This document shows, one piece after another, positions 57,663 through 64,000 of a DNA stretch of 64,000 bases. Positions within the stretch are counted from its first letter, which is position 1. Each line of letters begins with the position of its first letter. This DNA is from a bacterium. Its GTDB lineage: Bacteria; Patescibacteriota; Minisyncoccia; UBA6257; GWB1-50-10. Below the pieces are notes generated by a model that saw nothing but the letters and a program-made list of their open reading frames with translations, was not told the origin of the DNA and did not search any database. The DNA lies in assembly GCA_021814165.1 (NCBI GenBank), contig JAKAIX010000003.1:14551-78550 (forward strand), given 5' to 3'. A program made the position numbers and the translations under genes.

Positions 57663-57992
57663 CTAAGAGAGAAGTTCTCTTGCCTTAGTTTCAACAACTT
57701 TTTTCAGCTTATCCTCGTCTACAAGGGTTCTGACGATAGGATTCGAAGGTTGAATGTTTAAAACAGCCTTCTTTTCTTCCACTCGTATGCTACCCTCTAT
57801 CTTGGCGCGTTTGAACCCTTGTTTGACTTTGAAAGAGAAAATCATCAAGTTGCCGATCCGCCAGAGTTTTTCCGGATCCTTTATTTCCACCTTCTTATCA
57901 GAAAAATCTTTCTTCATTAGTTCGGAAAGAAAGTTATCGATCCTTTTGACTGCCTCGGTTGTACCGAGATTGTGTGATATTGTTATTTCCAA
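57663..57992 (-). CDS. polyhydroxyalkanoic-acid-system family protein-like (TIGR02610-type small protein), function unknown
   Basis: MEITISHNLGTTEAVKRIDNFLSELMKK...KIEGSIRVEEKKAVLNIQ parallels the small PHA-system family (M.I.I.H.LG...EG.i.vee..i.v.l). A terminator follows at 57611-57645. Confidence 0.5.
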   Translation of the reverse strand: MEITISHNLGTTEAVKRIDNFLSELMKKDFSDKKVEIKDPEKLWRIGNLMIFSFKVKQGFKRAKIEGSIRVEEKKAVLNIQPSNPIVRTLVDEDKLKKVVETKARELLS

Positions 57993-58013
57993 GTTGTCCT
58001 CCTTAGGAATTGT

Positions 58014-58532
58014 TTATTTACTGTGTGTAACTTTGTGTATGACAATTTCGATGCCAAAATTCGGATCGGTATATTTTCTGAGGAGAAGATCTTTTATTTC
58101 AAGCACGTATGCAGCCTCGTTTGGATCTGAGAGTTCCTGGATAGCCTCTTCTACTGTTTTACCGGTAGTGCTTATGTTTCTGTTAAACCAGGTGTTCGAG
58201 CGCCAAAGGCTAAATCTCACCTTTTCAAGATCGTATTGTTTTATCATACCGATTTCCTGACCATCGGCTGCTATTAATATAAAACGAAGGTTTTCTATCC
58301 TGTCCGGTCTTCTCAGACGCCGATTCCACGCACTTGTCCATGGATAGCGGGACATTAGATCAGAGTCGGCCTTCTGAACCTGCGGTACTTTATGCAATTT
58401 TTTGATCTCTGGGTATCTCTTCAGAAAAGGATATTCCTTCAAAAGCGCATCGATTCGTATATTCAGTATGCTTTTTTTGACAACATCGATGATCATTTCT
58501 GCGAGTAATTCTGTTTCTGTCTTATCTCTCAT
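58014..58532 (-). CDS. hypothetical protein (172 aa) behind conserved promoter P2
   Basis: RBS AAGGAG 7 nt before the ATG (MRDKTETELL). Coding-like composition; no recognised motif. Confidence 0.6.
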   Translation of the reverse strand: MRDKTETELLAEMIIDVVKKSILNIRIDALLKEYPFLKRYPEIKKLHKVPQVQKADSDLMSRYPWTSAWNRRLRRPDRIENLRFILIAADGQEIGMIKQYDLEKVRFSLWRSNTWFNRNISTTGKTVEEAIQELSDPNEAAYVLEIKDLLLRKYTDPNFGIEIVIHKVTHSK

Positions 58533-58636
58533 AGTTTTCTCCTTGTGACATCCAGCCACAATTTACGAAGTGGGTATTCCACCCGCTTCAGAGTTGTTGA
58601 ATTTGTTAAATAACACCCGATAGATTGGGTGTAAAG

Positions 58637-58665
58637 AAAATAACACATTTCTGTTCTATTGTCAA
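58637..58665 (-). promoter_or_regulatory. conserved promoter P2 (TTGACA-17-TATTTT) with ACAGAAATGTGT core
   Basis: Reverse complement TTGACAatagaacagaaatgtgtTATTTT. Followed by a ~100-nt 5' UTR containing the hairpin acacccaatctatcgggtgt. Confidence 0.6.
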
Positions 58666-58818
58666 CTTTAATTCCGAGCTGTACGTGAACTTCGAACCGT
58701 AATAATGGACGGCTGGCACTCTTACGAAATGTGCGCGACCGTCAAAATGCTCCGCCGGGAGTTATCGTTCGATTGGATTGATTAAAGATTTTCTTCAATC
58801 TGATAATATGTACGTTCG

Positions 58819-59331
58819 TCATATTTTTCGGCTGTCGTATGCCCAGTGCAGAACCGCCTGCCTTTGTGCAGGCCGGCAAGTTAAATCTTTCGGCCGGCAA
58901 TTCTTTTTGATTTGCGATATGTGTCGGCTGATCGCTTTCCACCGCTTGATCTGCCGTTCGTCTTCGCCCGGAAGCCGCCTGCCCATGTAGTAGCGACAAT
59001 ACCACTGGAACCAGCCGCGAGGGTCGTGCTTTTCGTTGATCCAACCTTTCTCAACCCAGACTTTAAGCGGCTGGCTAGCATGCTTATGGAAAAAGTTGAG
59101 TGTGTCGTCGTGATGTTCTAGTGAAAGCTTGGCGCGAGTAAACCAGTCTTTTGGAAATTCCTTTTTGCAGTCGGTCATATATTTGCCGCCAAAGACGCCG
59201 AGCGCGAGCATCTGTTTTGGCGTAAGCTCCGGCTTGAAATCCGGATGAAAATTCCGTCCTACCGGTTCGGTAAGCTGGTACTTGTAACCTTTCTGAAATT
59301 TATCGTTTACTTTTACGGTCTTTTTTCTCAT
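58819..59331 (-). CDS. conserved hypothetical basic protein (GWFQWYCRYYMGRR motif)
   Basis: 170 aa, Lys/Arg/Trp-rich, with no TM helix. It is upstream of and probably co-transcribed with the P2 unit. Confidence 0.55.
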   Translation of the reverse strand: MRKKTVKVNDKFQKGYKYQLTEPVGRNFHPDFKPELTPKQMLALGVFGGKYMTDCKKEFPKDWFTRAKLSLEHHDDTLNFFHKHASQPLKVWVEKGWINEKHDPRGWFQWYCRYYMGRRLPGEDERQIKRWKAISRHISQIKKNCRPKDLTCRPAQRQAVLHWAYDSRKI

Positions 59332-59340
59332 AAATATTTG

Positions 59341-59799
59341 TTATCGGATTACAAGATATATGGCCAAGAGAAGCAATCCGCCCCACCAGCCGATATCGGA
59401 GACAATGAGGCTTGCCATGATTTTCCTTTGCCAGGAAGCCGGCAGGAGTTCTCCGGACAGGCCCTCTTTCTCACGCTTCAATAAAAACGGACTGACTTTG
59501 AAAGACAGAAAATAGCCGTTCAAGATGAGGGCGAGCGCGATCACCGCATGGATGAGCGGAATGCCGGCAAAGCTTTGCTCGCGGTAGAAAATCATACCGC
59601 CGATAATAGCGAGCATAATGCCGGCCCAGATCATCGGCTTAGTCACTTTGTGCGTGCGTGTAGTAGCTTCGGTCCAGTATGATGACTTTCGTCCGAGAAA
59701 ACCGTGGATATCTATGACCGTTACCGCTCCAAGGCCGATCACGAAACCGGCGAAGAATAGAAATAGTCCGATTGTATCGAGCCATTCGACCGAGCTCAT
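59341..59799 (-). CDS. integral membrane protein (4 TM), hypothetical
   Basis: Hydrophobic helices (IGLFLFFAGFVIGLGAVTVI; MIWAGIMLAIIGGMIFY; IHAVIALALILNGYFL; GWWGGLLLLAIYLVI). Confidence 0.55.
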   Translation of the reverse strand: MSSVEWLDTIGLFLFFAGFVIGLGAVTVIDIHGFLGRKSSYWTEATTRTHKVTKPMIWAGIMLAIIGGMIFYREQSFAGIPLIHAVIALALILNGYFLSFKVSPFLLKREKEGLSGELLPASWQRKIMASLIVSDIGWWGGLLLLAIYLVIR

Positions 59800-59808
59800 G
59801 ATAATAGA

Positions 59809-60285
59809 TTAATTGAGAACATAAATTGAATAATTTAAGTACATGGCAAAACTAACCCATGCTATGTAAGGCACCAAGAGCCATGCCGTCGGACGAGATA
59901 TTTTTGCAAAAGCGATGATCGTGGCAAGAATAGCAAGCCAGAGGAATATGATCTCAATAAATGCGCCGCCCGGAGAATGCAGACCGAAAAAGATAATTGA
60001 CCAAAGTGTGTTCAATACCAACTGGCCGAGAAATATGCCGAGGGCAATTTTTACATCCCTTCTCACAAGCCCCTTTTTCCAGACCAGAAACGCGGCGATG
60101 CCCATGAGCGTGTAGAGTGTCGTCCAAACCGGACCGAAGACCCACGCAGGAGGATTTAGAACCGGTTTGACGATCCCGGCATACCAAGTCGGGATGGCCG
60201 AGGCGGTAAAAATCGAACCGATTATTCCAGCCGCTTCTGATACCACGATCGCAATAACCAATTTGAAGAAATTATTGAGCTTCAT
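59809..60285 (-). CDS. tspO: TspO/MBR family tryptophan-rich sensory protein
   Basis: 5-TM protein with PAWVFGPVWTTLYTLMGIAAFLVW (W-x-PP-x-W-x-F-x3-W-x2-LY signature) and 158 aa. Confidence 0.75.
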   Translation of the reverse strand: MKLNNFFKLVIAIVVSEAAGIIGSIFTASAIPTWYAGIVKPVLNPPAWVFGPVWTTLYTLMGIAAFLVWKKGLVRRDVKIALGIFLGQLVLNTLWSIIFFGLHSPGGAFIEIIFLWLAILATIIAFAKISRPTAWLLVPYIAWVSFAMYLNYSIYVLN

Positions 60286-60467
60286 AATTCAATTTTACCA
60301 TTTACTGCTATTTTCGTCCTAGTCTACCGGGGCGAGTTTGGTGGTATTTGTCAATCTAGCTTAGTGGATAGAACGCGTGAGGACTTGTTTGGTGTAAAAT
60401 AATGAACCGCTAAGAAAAAATCTTAGCGGTAAGCAGTCGGTCTGCTTAGTCCTTTGAAGTTATACAC

Positions 60468-60962
60468 CTAGGAGAAGAGGGGGCCGGCGATACTAACACC
60501 GATAATGTGTGGTGAGAGGCTCTTTTCCGATCTCGGTTGATAAGAGACGATTTTCCAATCTTCTCTTATAGCAAGAGCCCCATGTTCTGTGCCGACTATA
60601 TTGTGTGCTGTTGCCCAGAAAAGTTGTTCGAGGATATCGGCCTTCTCTTCAAGCGGCTCAAGCTTGCTTTTGAACTTTTTGCATTCTTCCGATACTCTTT
60701 CTAATCCGTCGCCTTTTTCGTCTCTGAGCGCGTCACGCAGAAGACCGGGCAGATCCATTTTCTTGTGAAACAGTCCGTGTTCTGTTTTTAGAGTGTTTAT
60801 TTCTTGGACCATTTTCGAATGTAGAGAATAAATCTTCTTCATTTCATCGTCTGCCTCTCCGACGATCCTTTCTTCCTCGAGTTTTTCTCCCGCTTTTTCA
60901 GGGGCGATGATATCAGTAACACCATTGATCTCATTAGAGAGACCCTGCAAAAAACTAGTCAT
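60468..60962 (-). CDS. acidic coiled-coil hypothetical protein behind conserved motif P3
   Basis: RBS AAGGAGG 7 nt before the ATG. Glu/Lys-rich helical protein with no recognised domain. Confidence 0.5.
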   Translation of the reverse strand: MTSFLQGLSNEINGVTDIIAPEKAGEKLEEERIVGEADDEMKKIYSLHSKMVQEINTLKTEHGLFHKKMDLPGLLRDALRDEKGDGLERVSEECKKFKSKLEPLEEKADILEQLFWATAHNIVGTEHGALAIREDWKIVSYQPRSEKSLSPHIIGVSIAGPLFS

Positions 60963-61029
60963 TTGTGACCTCCTTCGGTTGATGGTTAGTTAGATGGATA
61001 AGGAATTATGAAATTGCAATAATAGAGTG

Positions 61030-61053
61030 ACACATTTCTATGCTATTTGTCAA
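61030..61053 (-). promoter_or_regulatory. third copy of the conserved CACATTTCT-N-TGTCAAC motif (P3; -10 element degenerate)
   Basis: Plus strand gacacatttctatgctatttgtcaacg. The TTGACA -35 and the AGAAATGTGT core are retained, but the -10 is poor (CACTCT) or displaced (TATTAT, 23-nt spacing). Confidence 0.45.
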
Positions 61054-61236
61054 CGTTTCGGCGGAGTTTCACCCGTATCTGAACTCTGCAGGTAGGACTC
61101 GCTTCTCGCGTTGCTCGAAACACTCAAAAAACATAGTCGTTTCACTCCTTGTTTTTGGGTGCCTCCGGTTCAAGCTCTACCTGTACGAAACAGAAACCAA
61201 AATACCGCACCATAAAGATGCGGCATTTTGATTTTT

Positions 61237-61308
61237 GCTCCGGCGGTAGGATTCGAACCTACAACCATCTCCTTAACAGGGAGCCGCACTACCATTGTGC
61301 TACGCCGG
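61237..61308 (-). tRNA. tRNA-Asn (GTT)
   Basis: Reverse complement tccggcg-ta-gcacaatggtagtgc...ctGTTaa...gtagg-ttcgaat-cctac-cgccgga-g. A terminator hairpin gccgcatctttatggtgcggtatttt lies downstream. Confidence 0.85.
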
Positions 61309-61451
61309 AATACAGCTATAAGAATAATAACAACAAGGCCCGATGTAAAGTACTCGGGCCCGTTATTCTAGTTACTTAGGAGTTTTAATATTTATTTTTT
61401 GAATTGTTTGTTAAGGTTGCTAATTTATCGTAATTCAATTATAACGTTCTT

Positions 61452-61823
61452 ATGGAACGCAAGGAATTAATCAGAACTATTTATCTATATCTCTTCTCGC
61501 TCGTGGGACTGGTACTGGTAATAATCGGACTTGTCCAAGTCGTGGATCTCGGTCTCAAGTCCCTCGTGTTTACGAACGCGGATCAAGTCGTCATCTATCC
61601 TTCGTACCCCGTAAAACCGGTGCCCTCATCGATCGACGAAAAACAGGCCCAACCGACGCCGGAAGAGCTTGCCGACTACGAGAGGAAACAAGCGGAGTCG
61701 CAGCGCGCCCAGGAAGCGAGTAACAAAGCACGCACCGCGTCAAATGCGCTTGCGATGATTATTATCGGTACCCCGCTTTTCCTGTATCACTGGAAGACGA
61801 TCCAGAAAGACAAGAAGGCCTAG
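61452..61823 (+). CDS. small membrane protein (2 TM), hypothetical
   Basis: TM helices at the N-terminus (LYLFSLVGLVLVIIGLVQVV) and C-terminus (LAMIIIGTPLFLY), with a charged middle region. Confidence 0.5.
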   Translation: MERKELIRTIYLYLFSLVGLVLVIIGLVQVVDLGLKSLVFTNADQVVIYPSYPVKPVPSSIDEKQAQPTPEELADYERKQAESQRAQEASNKARTASNALAMIIIGTPLFLYHWKTIQKDKKA

Positions 61824-61865
61824 ACGTCCTATTTGAGGTATTTGAAATTTAGAATTTTAAGTTTA

Positions 61866-61996
61866 GAATTCTAACGAGCCCCTATAGCTTCCTCCTTCGC
61901 TCAAAAATATATTCGAGCTTCGGAAGGACGAGAATATAATGATCCATCATTCTTGCCCGTCCGAAGCTTTGATAATACAATCAAAGCGGAGGAAGG
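61866..61996. repeat. inverted duplicate of the tRNA-Lys upstream segment (partner of 26731-26858)
   Basis: Near-identical to the reverse complement of 26731-26858 (ttcctccttcgctcaaaaatatattcgagcttcggaaggacgagaatataatgatccatcattcttgcccgtccgaagctttgataatacaatcaaagcggaggaagg). It is preceded at 61868-61881 by a 12-nt echo of the tRNA 5' end (gcccctatagct). Confidence 0.75.
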
Positions 61997-62069
61997 GCCC
62001 CTATAGCTCAGTTGGTAGAGCTGCTCCCTTTTAAGGAGAAGGTCGCAGGTTCGAGTCCTGCTGGGGGCA
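61997..62069 (+). tRNA. tRNA-Lys (TTT)
   Basis: gcccctatagctcagttggtagagc...ctTTTaa...ggtcgcaggttcgagtcctgctgggggc-a. CCA is not encoded. Confidence 0.85.
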
Positions 62070-62074
62070 CAAGA

Positions 62075-62110
62075 TAAAATCTCCGGATTCACTCCGGAGA
62101 TTTTATTTTC
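62075..62110 (+). terminator. rho-independent terminator after tRNA-Lys
   Basis: aaaatctccgga-ttcac-tccggagatttt followed by a T-run. Confidence 0.75.
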
Positions 62111-62226
62111 CTCTATTGACAATAAAAACTGGTTATGGTGAACTACGCTTAGCTACTAAATAACACTTACTTGGAGCTTCCGAAACGTAGTAGGAAGTGG
62201 AGGGTAAGTAGGAAAAGGAGTACACA

Positions 62227-62826
62227 ATGGCAAAATCATCGATTGTTCGAGGTCTGAGCTTTGGCTCAGAATTTTTTACCTGTTTCTTCAAGGAGGTCTT
62301 GGAATTTAGCGGTACGGAAGAAGAAGTATTTGATGCAATAAAAACAGGGAGTCCACTCATCAAAAAATGGGCGAGTGAAGCGATCGCTCACACGAGAGAG
62401 ATTCCGTCTCTCTATAATCTAATGGGTGCTGCCCGTGTGGAACAAACTGTCCCCACTATTGCGGAGGAAAACTTTCCCATCCAACCAGAAGACCTTATCA
62501 AGGAAAAGAGCTACAAGAAGTTTTACTCCATGAAAACCTATGAGTTTGAGGATATGGCTAAAAAAATGAACAAAGAAGGTTACCGTCCTGCAACCATTCG
62601 CGAAATGCTCTCTTGGGCTGTTGAAAATTGGGATGAAAAATACAGTGAATTAAGAATCTTTGCGATTGGTTCACATTATGCCGATCCAATACTACACGCT
62701 TGTGTTCCTGTCCTTCTCGCTCCGATGAGGGGCGGATCTATGCCTAGGAGAGTTCCTAAATTACTACTCAAAAATCCAAAACATTTTGCCACCATGGAAG
62801 ATATTTTTCTCGGTGTCGCGAGATAA
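62227..62826 (+). CDS. hypothetical protein carried on the tRNA-Lys-bounded cassette
   Basis: Strong RBS AAAGGAG 8 nt before the ATG, and an upstream TTGACA box. Low-GC composition, 199 aa, no recognised motif. Confidence 0.5.
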   Translation: MAKSSIVRGLSFGSEFFTCFFKEVLEFSGTEEEVFDAIKTGSPLIKKWASEAIAHTREIPSLYNLMGAARVEQTVPTIAEENFPIQPEDLIKEKSYKKFYSMKTYEFEDMAKKMNKEGYRPATIREMLSWAVENWDEKYSELRIFAIGSHYADPILHACVPVLLAPMRGGSMPRRVPKLLLKNPKHFATMEDIFLGVAR

Positions 62827-62910
62827 CTTTATAAAAGAATCATTGGCTAAGCCGGAGCATTTTTACCCCGGCTTAACTGTTTTTATGGGCTTGCTTTTTA
62901 TCAACTCCGC

Positions 62911-62960
62911 CTCCCTTTTAAGGAGAAGGTCGCAGGTTCGAGTCCTGCTGGGGGCACAAA
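62911..62960 (+). repeat. direct repeat of the tRNA-Lys 3' half (att-like integration scar)
   Basis: ctcccttttaaggagaaggtcgcaggttcgagtcctgctgggggcacaa is identical to tRNA-Lys(TTT) positions 62020-62071, from the anticodon stem through 2 nt past the 3' end. It is followed by a terminator hairpin gcccacc-ttacga-ggtgggt-TTTTT. Confidence 0.8.
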
Positions 62961-63025
62961 AGTTAACTACTTAGGCAAAAATGCCCACCTTACGAGGTGG
63001 GTGTTTTTGTGGTATGATCTCTTAG

Positions 63026-64000
63026 ATGGGGTATTATACTGAGTATTTAAATAAAAACTTGGACTTTAACGGTTTGTCGTCTGAGAGGAAAAACCAGCTC
63101 AGGCAGATCTCAGCACTTCGGGAGGGCAGAGATGTCTTAGTTATTGCCGCTGACCTTAATAAGCAAATACCGCTTATCTCAATCGGTTACAGCGACCTTC
63201 TACCAATTAAAGATCAGATATCTGAACTAAGAGGTGACAAGATTGATATTATACTCGAAACGCCGGGAGGCTCCGGCGAGACAGCGGAAGATATTGTTAA
63301 GTTAGTACGTGAAAGATATACCGAGGTTGGGATCATAATACCTGGCTACGCAAAAAGCGCAGGAACAATAATGGCTATGTCAGGTGATGAAATACTTATG
63401 AGTTCTTCTTCTATATCATCTTTAGGACCAATTGATGCGCAACTATTCTGGCAGGGTAAGATATTTTCTGCAGGAGCTTTTCTAGAGGGACTTAAAAAGA
63501 TACAAAAGGAGGTTGAAGAAACGGGTACTTTAAATAAGACTTATATACCAATTTTGCAGGGCATATCGCCAGGAGAAATTCAGAATGCACAGAATGCTTT
63601 GGATTTCGCACGGATTCTCGTAAAGGAATGGCTTACTCGGTACAAATTCAAGTCGTGGCAAACCCATCTTAAAAATAAGCAGGCAGTGACGCAAGAAGAA
63701 AAAGAATTCTGTGCAAATGAAATTGCTGGAAAATTATGTGACCACCAGCATTGGCTTACACACGCTAGGTCAATCAGATTAAAGGACCTTGAAGATATGG
63801 GTTTGAGAATCACGGATTATTCTAAGATTGATAAATTAGCTGAGGCTATTGACCGTTACTACACACTACTCCAAATGTCATTCTCCTCACCTTTGTATAA
63901 GTTATTTGAAACACCAACAACTCAAATACAGAAATTTCTCGCTCCGATAGTGACAGCACCTCAACAAGATAAACCAAGTGACCAAAACGCAAATATTGCA
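63026..64000 (+). CDS. SDH/S49-type periplasmic serine protease-like protein (ClpP-fold), 3'-truncated by the window end
   Basis: Not in the ORF track (no stop before the window end). Manual translation gives MGYYTEYLNK...DIILETPGGSGETAEDIVKL...YAKSAGTIMAMSGDEILM, with ETPGG and AKSAGT motifs as in the serine dehydrogenase proteinase / signal-peptide-peptidase-like ClpP-fold family. The TATGAT -10 box lies 7 nt before the ATG. Low-GC DNA. Confidence 0.55.
   Translation, partial: MGYYTEYLNKNLDFNGLSSERKNQLRQISALREGRDVLVIAADLNKQIPLISIGYSDLLPIKDQISELRGDKIDIILETPGGSGETAEDIVKLVRERYTEVGIIIPGYAKSAGTIMAMSGDEILMSSSSISSLGPIDAQLFWQGKIFSAGAFLEGLKKIQKEVEETGTLNKTYIPILQGISPGEIQNAQNALDFARILVKEWLTRYKFKSWQTHLKNKQAVTQEEKEFCANEIAGKLCDHQHWLTHARSIRLKDLEDMGLRITDYSKIDKLAEAIDRYYTLLQMSFSSPLYKLFETPTTQIQKFLAPIVTAPQQDKPSDQNANIA

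Noticed and set aside
58742-59044. Small overlapping ORFs (58742-59044 minus, 58778-58990 plus) at the 3' end of the 170-aa conserved hypothetical gene
   Set aside because: They are alternative frames of the same DNA. The 58819-59331 frame has the coherent Trp/Arg-rich conserved-looking protein.

Overview
This 64-kb window looks like a compact bacterial chromosome segment, probably from a Candidate Phyla Radiation (CPR)/Parcubacteria-like lineage. Coding regions are high-GC, genes are tightly packed, and several genes have a -10 box directly abutting the ATG, implying leaderless mRNAs. Supported content: (1) a complete type IV pilus/competence-pilus locus at 4.3-16.2 kb with comFC, pilM/N/O and a small membrane protein, pilB, pilT, pilC, two major pilins, pilD and four minor pseudopilins. 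(2) Housekeeping genes: greA, ligA, gatCA, pheS, recG, a CCA-adding enzyme, a Kef-type antiporter, rplU, recR, dnaB, cysS, pth, lepB, hisS, a HIT protein, rpsU, yqeY, ybeY, ftsA, ftsZ, a class II ribonucleotide reductase, and a glycosyltransferase/PIG-L deacetylase/CE4 deacetylase set. (3) Nine tRNA genes. The unusual signals are concentrated around the tRNAs and in the last 8 kb. Between tRNA-Asp and tRNA-Met sits a low-GC gene for an HTH protein with a LAGLIDADG-like motif. Both tRNA-Lys genes carry integration scars: a 50-bp direct repeat of the tRNA 3' half bounds an 840-bp cassette, and the other locus has a degenerate pseudo-fragment. The two tRNA-Lys loci also share an inverted ~200-bp duplication 35 kb apart. 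The leader of rplU contains a MITE-like element with perfect 29-bp terminal inverted repeats. Two intergenic regions hold palindromic elements built from TCCTAA-type repeats. Three minus-strand transcription units at 56-61 kb share a ~25-nt promoter motif with an embedded CACA-N4-TGTG palindrome, and drive uncharacterised genes (a PHA-system-family protein, small membrane proteins and acidic hypotheticals) in a block that also holds TspO; this is the best candidate for an undescribed co-regulated system. A partial SDH/S49-type serine protease gene runs off the window end inside a low-GC island. No rRNA and no CRISPR array were seen.
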